A stretch of DNA of 64,000 bases from Candidatus Sulfomarinibacteraceae bacterium (lineage in GTDB: Bacteria > Acidobacteriota > Thermoanaerobaculia > Thermoanaerobaculales > Sulfomarinibacteraceae). Every line of letters starts with the position of its first letter. The first letter of the stretch is position 1. The stretch spans positions 1 to 64,000 of the forward strand of contig CAWCLO010000003.1 of assembly GCA_963796455.1 (NCBI GenBank). Direction: 5' to 3'. A model generated the notes under the pieces. The model ran no database searches, was not told the DNA's origin, and saw only the letters and a list, made by a program, of their open reading frames with translations. Of the stretch, positions 52,530 to 62,057 are shown piece after piece. The translations under genes were made by a program, and so were the position numbers.

Positions 52530-54467
52530 ATGAAAACACTCCGTCTTTCAATCGCCACACTCTTCATCATCGCCGCCGGCTCGATGGTCTTTGCCCAATC
52601 GACCGCCTTCGATGTCGAACTCGGGTATCAGGACGTCGACGTCAACGGCAACGAGGACATGTTCCGGACTCAGATCAACCAGGACAGCGGCTTTGTCCTG
52701 CGGAATCTCTCGATCAACTACATCGATCCGACCGGGGAGTCGTCCTTTGCCGACCGTCTGCGGATCGACGCCTCCGGTTTCGGCGGCAATCCCGCTGGTC
52801 GGTTGCGTCTCGACATGGGCCGCGACAAGACCTACCGGTTGCGTCTCTTCTACCAGGAGTTCAAGACCTACAGCGCCCTCCCGGCCTATGCCAATCCCCT
52901 GCTCGATGACGGGGTGACGCCGGGTCAGCACACCTGGGATCGCACCCGCAACGTCCTCGACATCCAACTCGAGTTTCCGATCTGGAAATCGATCACGCCG
53001 CTCGTCGGCTACCGTTGGAACCGCTATGAGGGACCCGGGCAGACCACCTACAGCGTAGGCCAGGACGAGTTCCGTGTCTCCTCCGACCTCGAGCAGACCG
53101 AGTCCGAGTTCTACGTCGGTCTGAATTTTCAAACCGACGCGATCAATGGATCCTTTACCCAGGGTTGGCGCAACTTCGATGGCAAGAGCAGCCAAAGCCT
53201 CGCTCCGGGCGAAGGCGTCGGGAACAATCCCGGCGACACCCTTGGACAACCGGTGGAGCTCGACTCCTTCGATCGCACCACCAGGACCGACGCCGAAACG
53301 CCGGTCACGACCTTCCATATCGCCGCGCGGGCCAGCGATAACGTCCGCCTGGTCGGGTCCTATGTGCGCGCCGACTACGACGGCGACACCTCGATGGACG
53401 AGATGCTCTCGGGAAGCCTCGTTTCGTTCCAACTGTCGCGCTTCTTCCAGGGCCTCGACCAGACCATCGAAAGTCGCACCGAGAACCCCTTCTACCGTGC
53501 CGAAGCACGAGCCGAGTTCGATCTCAGCCACAAGGTAGGGCTCAAGGTCGGGTATCAGGCACGCCACCGTGAGCTCGAAGGTTGGTCGATGGTATCGAGC
53601 CTCTTCATGGACACGCTCAATTTCGGCGGCTTCGATCCACGGGACATCGAGGTCCTGGTGGAGACCCAATCGGGTTACGAACGCGATGACAAGATCGCGA
53701 ATCTCCGTTTTGATTTCCGAGATCTCGGCAAGTTCTCCCTGTGGGCCGAATACGGGGCCAACAATCAGAGCCTCAGCGTCTCACAGGATGTTGCCCAGAT
53801 CGTGCTCCCCGGTGGGCAACAGGGCGACTTCAGCCGCCGGATCAATATGTATGACCTCGGCGGGAGGTTGGATCTCGGCAACGCAAAAATCATCCTCGAC
53901 TTCACCGGTCAGGACTCGGACGAGATCATCATGCGGACCGATTACAACGATCGCAGCCGGATCCGCGGCCGGGTGGACTGGAAAATCAGCCGCATGTTCC
54001 GGGTGCTCGCCACCGCCGAGAAGATCGACACCGACAACAATTCGTCGGGAGTCGGATACGAGGCGCAGACCGAGCGCTTTGCAATCGACGTCGATTTCAC
54101 GCCGAGCGAGAACTTCATGCTCGGAGTGGCCTGGGACTCTTACGATACGGACACCGAGATTCCCTACCGGGTTCCCCAAACTCTGGGCACGGCTCAGTCG
54201 ATCTACGCCGAAGAGGGCGAAGTATTGACGGGTGATCTGCGGTGGATGGTCTCGATCCTCACCATTGACGCGGCGTATTCGACCTTCGAGAACGAGGGTA
54301 GCTTCCCCTTCAAAATGGATCGCGCCTTCGCCCGGCTCGCAGTCGATTTCAGCAAGAACTGGGCCGCCGCACTGGAATACGAAAGCTGGGACTACAGCGA
54401 AAACCTGTTCCCGATTGCAGATTATGACGCCACCCGATACGGCGTTTATTTGCGCTGGCACCAATAG
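52530..54467 (+). CDS. MtrB/PioB-like outer membrane beta-barrel
   Basis: Signal peptide, amphipathic beta strands, aromatic C-terminal strand; directly follows mtrA. Confidence 0.8.
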   Translation: MKTLRLSIATLFIIAAGSMVFAQSTAFDVELGYQDVDVNGNEDMFRTQINQDSGFVLRNLSINYIDPTGESSFADRLRIDASGFGGNPAGRLRLDMGRDKTYRLRLFYQEFKTYSALPAYANPLLDDGVTPGQHTWDRTRNVLDIQLEFPIWKSITPLVGYRWNRYEGPGQTTYSVGQDEFRVSSDLEQTESEFYVGLNFQTDAINGSFTQGWRNFDGKSSQSLAPGEGVGNNPGDTLGQPVELDSFDRTTRTDAETPVTTFHIAARASDNVRLVGSYVRADYDGDTSMDEMLSGSLVSFQLSRFFQGLDQTIESRTENPFYRAEARAEFDLSHKVGLKVGYQARHRELEGWSMVSSLFMDTLNFGGFDPRDIEVLVETQSGYERDDKIANLRFDFRDLGKFSLWAEYGANNQSLSVSQDVAQIVLPGGQQGDFSRRINMYDLGGRLDLGNAKIILDFTGQDSDEIIMRTDYNDRSRIRGRVDWKISRMFRVLATAEKIDTDNNSSGVGYEAQTERFAIDVDFTPSENFMLGVAWDSYDTDTEIPYRVPQTLGTAQSIYAEEGEVLTGDLRWMVSILTIDAAYSTFENEGSFPFKMDRAFARLAVDFSKNWAAALEYESWDYSENLFPIADYDATRYGVYLRWHQ

Positions 54468-54509
54468 GGCAAGCGCTTCAGAACAGACTCCCCAGGGGGG
54501 AGGAGGAGG

Positions 54510-54535
54510 AAGGGGGCCGGAAGGCCCCCTTTTTT
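54510..54535 (+). terminator. Intrinsic terminator
   Basis: AAGGGGGCC-GGAA-GGCCCCCTTTTTT. Confidence 0.9.
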
Positions 54536-54536
54536 A

Positions 54537-54648
54537 ATTTTGGATTTGCGGATTTGGGATTTGGGATTTGAACACGGGTTTCCTTCGCCAGAATTCCTAC
54601 AGCCGGCCGGGCCGAAATTTCGAAATCCAAAATCCGAAATCCGAAATC
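54537..54648. repeat. Inverted pair of heptamer tracts (GATTTGG)n ... (AAATCCR)n
   Basis: 54537-54570 is complementary to 54614-54648. Confidence 0.88.
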
Positions 54649-54669
54649 TGGTGCTATCCTCCCCTGCCG

Positions 54670-55968
54670 ATGCAGGACGAGACGGTCACCCTCCCGCGCG
54701 TTTTTCGCTTCTGGCTGCCGCTGGCGGCCACGTGGCTGATGATGGCGGTCGAGGGGCCGTTCCTGGCCGCGATCATCGCCCGTCTGGCTGAACCGACCTA
54801 TAACCTTGCCGCCTATGGGGTGGCCTACTCGCTGGCGCTGGTGATCGAAGCGCCGGTGATCATGTTCATGAGCGCCTCCACCGCCCTCGCCCGCAACCGC
54901 CTGTCCTATTTGCGGCTGCGCAACTTCACCCATGCCATCAACATCGGTGTCACCGTGGCGATGGCGCTGGTGCTGGTACCGCCGGTTTTTCGCTGGTTTG
55001 CAGGGGACGTGATCGGTCTCCCGCCCGATGTCGCTTCGAGAACCCACATTGCCCTGCTCATCCTCCTACCGTGGCCTGCGACCATCGGTTTTCGACGTTT
55101 CTACCAGGGCGTTTTGATCCGCCACGATCTGACGCGCTGGGTGGCCTACGGCACCATCGTTCGGCTGGTGGCCATGTTCGGCACAGCCATCGCGCTCGCC
55201 CTCGACGGGCGGCTTGAAGGCGCCTATGTCGGGGCAGCTGCTCTGACCGCCGGCGTTTCAGCAGAGGCCGTCACCGCAGCGATCATGGCCAGGGGCCCTG
55301 TCAGCAGCCTGCTCCGCGATGTCTCAGAACCCACCGGCGCCGCCACAAGCTACTCGGGCCTGGCAAAGTTCTACTATCCTTTGGCGCTGACCACCATGCT
55401 CAGTCTCGGCATCCACCCGGTGGTCACCTTCTTTGTCGGCAACAGCCGGGCCCCCCTCGAGTCCCTGGCGGTTCTGCCGGTGGTGGGCTCGCTTGTTTTT
55501 GTTTTTCGAAGCCTCGGGCTCGCCTATCAGGAGGTGGTGATCGCCCTCATCGGCGACAACCACCAGAATTACCGTTGTCTCCGTCGATTCGGTATGGCCC
55601 TCGGGCTGGCGGTCGTCGGGGGTCTCGCGCTGATCGCCTGGACCCCCCTTGCAGGCGTCTGGTTTCGCACTCTCTCCGGGCTCTCACCGGAGCTCGCTGA
55701 ATTCGCCCTCGCTCCAACCCGGATTCTGACGATCATCCCGGGGCTGTCCGCATTGTTGTCATTTCAACGGGCGATCGCCGTCGTCCGGCAGACCACCGAT
55801 TCGATCACCTGGGCCACTCTCATCGAGGTCGTTGTCGTTGTGGCGGTCCTGTGGCTCGCGATCACCCGACTCGATGCCGTCGGTGCGGTGGCTGCGGCAA
55901 CAGCGCTGGTGATCGGGCGGCTCGGGGCCAATGCGTGGTTGGTGCCGACGCTCAAAGAGAAGGCTTGA
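54670..55968 (+). CDS. MATE/MOP-superfamily (ANKH-like) membrane transporter
   Basis: About 12 TMs; FWLPLAATWLMMAVEGP and RRFYQG motifs. Confidence 0.75.
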   Translation: MQDETVTLPRVFRFWLPLAATWLMMAVEGPFLAAIIARLAEPTYNLAAYGVAYSLALVIEAPVIMFMSASTALARNRLSYLRLRNFTHAINIGVTVAMALVLVPPVFRWFAGDVIGLPPDVASRTHIALLILLPWPATIGFRRFYQGVLIRHDLTRWVAYGTIVRLVAMFGTAIALALDGRLEGAYVGAAALTAGVSAEAVTAAIMARGPVSSLLRDVSEPTGAATSYSGLAKFYYPLALTTMLSLGIHPVVTFFVGNSRAPLESLAVLPVVGSLVFVFRSLGLAYQEVVIALIGDNHQNYRCLRRFGMALGLAVVGGLALIAWTPLAGVWFRTLSGLSPELAEFALAPTRILTIIPGLSALLSFQRAIAVVRQTTDSITWATLIEVVVVVAVLWLAITRLDAVGAVAAATALVIGRLGANAWLVPTLKEKA

Positions 55969-56062
55969 GACCTGAGGCCTGAGGCTTGGGGCCTGGGGCC
56001 TGGGGCTTGGGGCTTGGCCTGATACCGGACGATCAGCAATTCCTCAAGCCCCGACCCCAAGC
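55962..56062 (+). repeat. GGCYTGR heptamer array x8 containing the MATE stop codon, with a short inverted partner at 56044-56062
   Basis: GGCTTGA GACCTGA GGCCTGA GGCTTGG GGCCTGG GGCCTGG GGCTTGG GGCTTGG ... TCAAGCCCCGACCCCAAGC. Confidence 0.9.
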
Positions 56063-56313
56063 GCCGTTATTGCGCCCCTGACCCAACCTCCGCAGCGCTC
56101 TGCCAATCCACCCCGTTTCTGCTCGGAAGCGCCCTCCACGCGAACAGAAACAAAACTCAGTCTCAAAAAAAGATCCTGTAACAAAGGCTTTGTTTCGAAA
56201 TCCTCATGATATTCTCCCGCCGAGAACTCACCTCCGCTCCGGGGAGCATCCAAACAACTCCGGGCTGGGTGGTCCCCGAGGCCATCCTCCCAGGAACTCT
56301 CAGGGAGGTATGA

Positions 56314-56955
56314 ATGGCCAAGAAGATTCTTCTCGTTGTCGCGGTGGCGCTCCTCGTCCTGCCTGCGCTCGCAGAGGCGCAGGGGAACTGGATCTTCCGG
56401 GTTCGAGGCATCAACGTCTCACCCAATGACTCGAGTTCGGAGATCCTCGACACCGGCACTCATATCACTGTCGCTTCCAGATCGAGTTTCGAGATTGACG
56501 TCACCTATATGTTTTCCGAACATGTCGGATTGGAGGTCATCGCAGCCACCACCCGCCATGATCTGGCGACATCCGGAGGCGCGTTGGGCGGAGCAAACGC
56601 CGGATCGGTCAAGGTGTTGCCACCGACCATCACACTGCAATATCACTTTGGCGGCGGATCGATTCGTCCCTACGCCGGGATCGGTCTCAACTTCACCTAT
56701 TTTTACAGCTACGATCTGTCCGACGATCTGGCTGACCTCGGGATTACCGATGTCGGCTTTTCGAACTCCTTCGGGCTCGCCGGCGATATCGGCCTCGACT
56801 TCGGCCTCGGCGACAATTGGCTTGTCAACCTCGACGTCAAATACATCATGATATCGACCGACGCCAGACTGAAGGTGGGTTCCGACACTCTGGATACGGT
56901 GAAGGTCGATATCAATCCATGGGTCTTCGGCGTCGGCATCGGGTACCGCTTCTGA
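56314..56955 (+). CDS. ompW: OmpW family outer membrane protein
   Basis: LPPTITLQYHF, RPYAGIG and INPWVFGVGIGYRF motifs. Confidence 0.95.
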   Translation: MAKKILLVVAVALLVLPALAEAQGNWIFRVRGINVSPNDSSSEILDTGTHITVASRSSFEIDVTYMFSEHVGLEVIAATTRHDLATSGGALGGANAGSVKVLPPTITLQYHFGGGSIRPYAGIGLNFTYFYSYDLSDDLADLGITDVGFSNSFGLAGDIGLDFGLGDNWLVNLDVKYIMISTDARLKVGSDTLDTVKVDINPWVFGVGIGYRF

Positions 56956-57140
56956 CGCACGATTCGGTCGCTTCGCTCCCTGGCTGAGGAGGGCATTCGG
57001 TCCGCGCCGGCGATGCCGGCGCGTGGCTGATGCCAGCGCTGAAAGCGCAGAGGCTTGCGGCTTCGGGATGAAACGCCCATCCACGCTGCAGACCGCAGAT
57101 ATGAAATCAAATCCACTTTCATGAATCCTTGAACCGCATG

Positions 57141-57443
57141 CACTCTTGGCCAAGGCAAAGTCTCGGATACCCTCCAGGGACAGCGTCAGCAAACAGGAAT
57201 CAGGGGCAGCAATCAGGTGCAGTGACGGCGTGGTCACCTCCGGGTCGTTCAACAGAAGGAACAGCCGCTGTGGTGTAGGCGTCTCGCCTGCACACCGTGC
57301 GGCCGAGACGGCCGCACCACCAAGCCCGGATCCCCGAAGAAATGAGCGCTGTTCACTGTCCCGGCCGCTGACCGCTGACGCTGATGACTGAACACTGCCG
57401 CTGTCCCTGATCGCTGTCCGAAACTCTGTCTTGGACAAGAGTG
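57141..57443 (+). mobile_element. Copy D (303-bp MITE-like, both termini present) of the CACT-ended element with a REP-like doublet
   Basis: CACTCTTGGCCAAGGCAAAG ... CTCTGTCTTGGACAAGAGTG; core motif 57230-57259; followed by ATCGAGY heptamers. Confidence 0.85.
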
Positions 57444-57571
57444 ATCGAGTATCGAGCATCGTGTTGCGCGTTCTCCCTTTCCCCCTTTCACCCTTTCACC
57501 CCTGCCCCTCTGCCATGGGGCGGCTCGTGCTCCCATTCGGGATCGGGATCAGGATCGGAACGGTCGTTCAA

Positions 57572-57727
57572 GATGTCATCCTGAGCGAAGTGCCTTTGGC
57601 GCGAAGTCGAAGGACCCGTTCGACTCGCGTTGCTCGCTCAGGGCAGGTTCTGCGGCTTGAGATGGTTGCGGTCCGTCTCATAGATCCTTCGACTACGCCC
57701 CTGTGGGGCTCCGCTCAGGATGACATC
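57572..57727. repeat. REP-like palindromic element GTCATCCTGAGCG...CGCTCAGGATGAC
   Basis: 16-bp outer IR plus inner GTCGAAGGA/TCCTTCGAC IR. Confidence 0.85.
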
Positions 57728-57769
57728 GGGGGGCGACATTCCCATGCGCGAGAAACCGGTGCCGAACGG

Positions 57770-57900
57770 TTCTCCCTTTCTCCCTTGCCCCCTTTCTCCC
57801 TTTCTCCCTTTCCCCCTTTCTCTCCCTTTCTCCCTTGCTCCCTTTCTCCCTTTCCCCCCTGCCCCTCTGCCCCTCTGCTCCTCTGCCCCTCTGCCCCTCT
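57770..57900 (+). repeat. Degenerate pyrimidine octamer array drifting from TTTCTCCC to CCTCTGCY
   Basis: Read directly; a shorter version is at 57470-57513. Confidence 0.9.
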
Positions 57901-57974
57901 GTCATATTCGGGCGCGGACGCGGACACGGGACGAAGGTTTCGATAGAATCAACGGTCCTGAAAGGAGCACCGCG

Positions 57975-58967
57975 ATGGAATACCGCTTTCTCGGCAATTC
58001 GGGTCTCAAGGTCTCGGCATTGAGCTTTGGGGCATGGGTCACCTTCGGCCCGCAGATGAATGAGGAAATCGCCGCCGAGTGCATGCACGCCGCCTGGGAA
58101 GCGGGGGTCAATTTCTTTGACAACGCCGAGGTCTATGCCGCCGGGGTGGCGGAGCAGATCATGGGCTCGGTGCTCGCCAAATCCGGCTGGAAACGATCGG
58201 ATTTCGTCGTCTCGACCAAGATCTACTGGGGTGGTGAGGGCCCGAATGACCGGGGCTTGTCGAGAAAACACATCGTCGAAGGCACCGATGCCGCCCTCGC
58301 CCGTCTCCAACTCGACTATGTGGATCTGATCTTCTGCCACCGGGCCGATCTCCATACCCCGGTCGAGGAGACTGTTCGCGCAATGAACCACGTGATCGAC
58401 CACGGCAAGGCCCTCTACTGGGGAACCAGCGAGTGGCCGGCCGAGCGGATCCTCGAGGCCTATCACGTGGCCCGCCGCGAACACCTGGTGCCGCCGCTCA
58501 TGGAGCAGCCGCAGTACAACCTCTTTCACCGCGATCGCGTCGAGCGCGAGTACGCTCCTTTGTTTGAACGCATCGGCCTCGGATCCACCATCTGGAGCCC
58601 ACTTGCCAGCGGTCTCCTCACCGGCAAGTACAACGACGGAATCCCTCCCGGGACCCGTAGCACCCTCGAAGGATACGAGTTCCTCCGATCACGCCTGGAA
58701 GGATCACAGGCCGAAGAAAAGATCGCCAAGGTCCGGGAGTTGACTGGAGTCGCCACAGAACTCGGTTGCACCATGGCCCAACTGGCGATTGCCTGGTGTC
58801 TCGCCAACCCGAACGTGAGCACCGCCATCACCGGCGCCTCACGCCCCGAACAGGTCCGCGAGAACATGAAGGCGATGGAGGTCTTCGAACAACTGACGCC
58901 CGAAATTCTCAACCGCATCGAAAACATCGTGGGCAACAAGCCCGAGCCCGAACAGGACTGGCGCTGA
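57975..58967 (+). CDS. Aldo/keto reductase (Kv-beta-like)
   Basis: [23 protein letters not shown] and WSPLASG motifs. Confidence 0.95.
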   Translation: MEYRFLGNSGLKVSALSFGAWVTFGPQMNEEIAAECMHAAWEAGVNFFDNAEVYAAGVAEQIMGSVLAKSGWKRSDFVVSTKIYWGGEGPNDRGLSRKHIVEGTDAALARLQLDYVDLIFCHRADLHTPVEETVRAMNHVIDHGKALYWGTSEWPAERILEAYHVARREHLVPPLMEQPQYNLFHRDRVEREYAPLFERIGLGSTIWSPLASGLLTGKYNDGIPPGTRSTLEGYEFLRSRLEGSQAEEKIAKVRELTGVATELGCTMAQLAIAWCLANPNVSTAITGASRPEQVRENMKAMEVFEQLTPEILNRIENIVGNKPEPEQDWR

Positions 58968-59008
58968 GCGTCCTGACCGCCGAGTCATCGCCAATTGGAG
59001 GTATCGAC

Positions 59009-60547
59009 GTGCCCGAAAACCTGGCCCTCGCCAACCCACTGACCGTGCTCCTGGACAAGAACAGAACCGATTTCACCCGCGCCGACATGTTGCGTGTCAT
59101 CAAAGAGCGCGGTATCGAACGATTGACCTTCCACTACACGAGCCTGGATGGAAAGTTTCGCGAACTGAAACTCCCGGTCAGCGATTTTGACCAGGCCGAG
59201 AGAGTTCTGGCATCGGGCGAACGGGTTGACGGATCGTCCCTCTTTCCGGGTCTTGTCGACACCGCCTCGTCAGATCTTTATGTCGTGCCCAGCTACAGCA
59301 GCGCGTTTTTCAGCCCCTTCGACAACTGCAGCCTCAACTTCATCTGTCGCTTTCTCGACCGGGACGGCGAGCTCGCGCCCTTCACTCCGGACAATATTCT
59401 GACCCTCGCCCACCGGAGATTCCAGGAACGCACCGGGCTCGAGTTGCACGCTCTCGGTGAGCTCGAGTTCTTCCTGGTTCGGGAAGGTGGCCCCGAGAAT
59501 TTCGCAGCCAATCGCCAGACCGGCTATCACGCGTCTTCTCCTTTCTTCAAGGGCGGCGACATCGTCAATGAAATGGTTCGGTGCCTCACCCAGATCACCG
59601 GCGCGGTCAAATACGCTCACGCCGAGGTCGGATATATCGATTCGGTGCGTTCGAACCTTCCTTTGTTGAAAGGAAGACGGGCCGAACAGCACGAGATCGA
59701 GTTGCTGACGCGCCCGATCGAGGAGATGGGTGACTATATCGGCCTGTCGCGCTGGATCATCCGCAACGTCGCCCACCGCAACGGCATGCTGGCCACCTTT
59801 GCACCAAAGATCGAGGAAGGGGTGGCCGGCAACGGCCTCCATTTCCATCTCGAGCTGGTCAAGGACGGTCAGAACATCATGTCCGCCAAGGACGGTGGTC
59901 TGACGGAAGAAGCCCGAAAGCTGATCGCGGGTCTGGTGCACTACGCTTCCACCCTCTCGGCTTTCGGCAACACAGTCGCCTCGTCGTTTCTCCGGCTGGT
60001 CCCCAACCAGGAGGCACCGACCCGTATCTGTTGGAGCAACAACAACCGCTCCGCCCTGATCCGGGTGCCCCTCGGCTGGTCGCAAAAAAGCCACCTCGCG
60101 AGAGTGGTCAACCCTGTTGACGCCGACGAATATGTGGATTCGCGCGGCCGGCAGACCGTCGAGATCCGCTCACCGGACGGTTCAGCGTCCTTTCACCTGC
60201 TCCTGGCCGGTCTCGCCACCGCCGCAGAGTACGGTCTGACCCACGAGGCGATGCTCGATCTGGCAAAGAAGACATACGTCGACGGCAACGTCTTTTCTGA
60301 TGAGAAAAAGATGAAACACCTCGAGGCACTACCGGCCAGCTGTGTTCGGTGCGCGGGCCTGCTGGAAGAGCGCCGTGGGATGTACGAGGACTTCGGAGTC
60401 TTTCCGGCAGCGGTCATCGATCACCAGATCCGGCTGCTTCGCAAAGAAAACGACGAGCACCTCAACTCAGATTTTTCCAAGCTCCCCGCCGAAGAACGAC
60501 TCACGGCCACCCGGGAACTGATGCACAAGGATATTCACCGGCACTAA
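59009..60547 (+). CDS. glnA: Glutamine synthetase family protein (~510 aa type)
   Basis: DGSSLF, ELEFF, HAEVG, GNGLHFH, RLVPNQEAP and EIRSPD motifs. Confidence 0.88.
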   Translation: MPENLALANPLTVLLDKNRTDFTRADMLRVIKERGIERLTFHYTSLDGKFRELKLPVSDFDQAERVLASGERVDGSSLFPGLVDTASSDLYVVPSYSSAFFSPFDNCSLNFICRFLDRDGELAPFTPDNILTLAHRRFQERTGLELHALGELEFFLVREGGPENFAANRQTGYHASSPFFKGGDIVNEMVRCLTQITGAVKYAHAEVGYIDSVRSNLPLLKGRRAEQHEIELLTRPIEEMGDYIGLSRWIIRNVAHRNGMLATFAPKIEEGVAGNGLHFHLELVKDGQNIMSAKDGGLTEEARKLIAGLVHYASTLSAFGNTVASSFLRLVPNQEAPTRICWSNNNRSALIRVPLGWSQKSHLARVVNPVDADEYVDSRGRQTVEIRSPDGSASFHLLLAGLATAAEYGLTHEAMLDLAKKTYVDGNVFSDEKKMKHLEALPASCVRCAGLLEERRGMYEDFGVFPAAVIDHQIRLLRKENDEHLNSDFSKLPAEERLTATRELMHKDIHRH

Positions 60548-60593
60548 GGCTTGGGGCTTGGGGCTTGGGTCTCAGGGCGTGAGGCTTGTGGCT
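60545..60593 (+). repeat. GGCTTGG heptamer array starting at the glnA stop
   Basis: TAA GGCTTGG GGCTTGG GGCTTGG GTCTCAG GGCGTGA GGCTTGT. Confidence 0.9.
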
Positions 60594-60744
60594 CCGAGCC
60601 AGTGGCTTGAGACTGAGTTTAAAGAAACGGGAAATCAACAGGTTAAGGCAATCTCGAGTCTGTTGACGGGCTTCGGAGGTCACCGTAGCATGAGGCGTCA
60701 TTCATCGGGATCGCGACATCGATCGCGCGAGAAGGAGGCTTGAT

Positions 60745-62043
60745 GTGATTGCCACGAATCGCAGACGTTTCTTCATGGTGGCGGCAATGCTCTTGATTGT
60801 GCCTTCGATGAGCTTTGGTTCAGGATTCGCGCTCTTCGAGCACGGCAACCGGGGCATGGCCATGGCCGGAGCCATGACAGCGGTTGCCGACGACCCCTCG
60901 GCCCTGTTCTGGAATCCCGCAGGGATGGCCTTCCAAACCGATGAAGGAATCCAACTCATGGTGGGTGTCACCCTGATCCAGGTCGATCAGACCTTCTACG
61001 GCGAGGCGCCCTATCCCGGCGACGGTTATCTTGCCGAGCTCAAAGAGCAGACCTTCACACCGATCCACCTCTATCTCGGGATACCGGTCAACGACCGGCT
61101 CGAGGTGAGTTTTTCGATCAACAACCCCTGGGGCCTGGGCACCTACTGGGACGACGATTTCCTCGGTCGATACATCTCGACCAAGGCGGACATTGAAGGC
61201 TGGAACCTCGGGCTGAGCATGGCTTACAAGCTGTCGGAGAGTTTTGCCTTCGGCCTCGGCTTTGACATCGCCTATTCGACGATCCAACTCCGGCGGACCG
61301 CCGGGCTGATCAACCCCTACAACCAGCGTCTGACGGACGTGGCCGATGCGTTCCTCCGGACCACCGGTTCCGGCAACACCGGTTTCGCCTGGAACGCGGG
61401 TCTGCTTTGGAAGATGGGGTCCGGGTTCCAGCTCGGAGCCCTGTACAGGTCGGGCTACCAGATCGACTTCGAGGGCAAGGGATCCTTCAACCAGATCCCC
61501 ACAGGCTACCCCGAGTTCGACGCGTTGCTCGGAACGGTCTTCCCATTCGGCAGCGATACGCCGATCACCACGACCCTCGAATATCCGGATTTCTGGACCA
61601 TCGGTCTTTCGTGGCAGAACGAGCGCTGGACGGTCTCCGGACAGTACGGAGTCATGGGTTGGGCCGTTTTCGATGAGCTCTCGATCGTTTTCCCCGAACA
61701 ACCACAGTTCAGCCAGGTCGTCCGCGAAGACTATGAAGATGCCGCCCAGTGGCGCATCGGCGCCGAGCTTCGCGCCAGCCAGCACTGGGCCCTCCAAGCG
61801 GGTTATCTCTTCGACGAGACCGGGCAACCGATCGAATCGATGTCGCCGCTGCTGGGCGACGGCGACCGGACCGGCTACTGCGCCGGCATCAGCTATTACA
61901 CCGACAGCTTCCGATTGGACATCGGATACATGAGACTTGAATTCGACGGTCGTTCAACCGAGGGCACCGCGTGGGACGGCTTTGACGGCACCTACGACGG
62001 GTCGGCAAATCTCGGCGGCGCCACCTTCACCTTCAAGTTTTAG
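60745..62043 (+). CDS. FadL/OmpP1 family outer membrane transporter
   Basis: SGFALFEH, AMAGA, DDPSALFWNPAG motifs; C-terminal Phe. Confidence 0.92.
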   Translation: MIATNRRRFFMVAAMLLIVPSMSFGSGFALFEHGNRGMAMAGAMTAVADDPSALFWNPAGMAFQTDEGIQLMVGVTLIQVDQTFYGEAPYPGDGYLAELKEQTFTPIHLYLGIPVNDRLEVSFSINNPWGLGTYWDDDFLGRYISTKADIEGWNLGLSMAYKLSESFAFGLGFDIAYSTIQLRRTAGLINPYNQRLTDVADAFLRTTGSGNTGFAWNAGLLWKMGSGFQLGALYRSGYQIDFEGKGSFNQIPTGYPEFDALLGTVFPFGSDTPITTTLEYPDFWTIGLSWQNERWTVSGQYGVMGWAVFDELSIVFPEQPQFSQVVREDYEDAAQWRIGAELRASQHWALQAGYLFDETGQPIESMSPLLGDGDRTGYCAGISYYTDSFRLDIGYMRLEFDGRSTEGTAWDGFDGTYDGSANLGGATFTFKF

Positions 62044-62057
62044 AAAGGGAGGACGAC

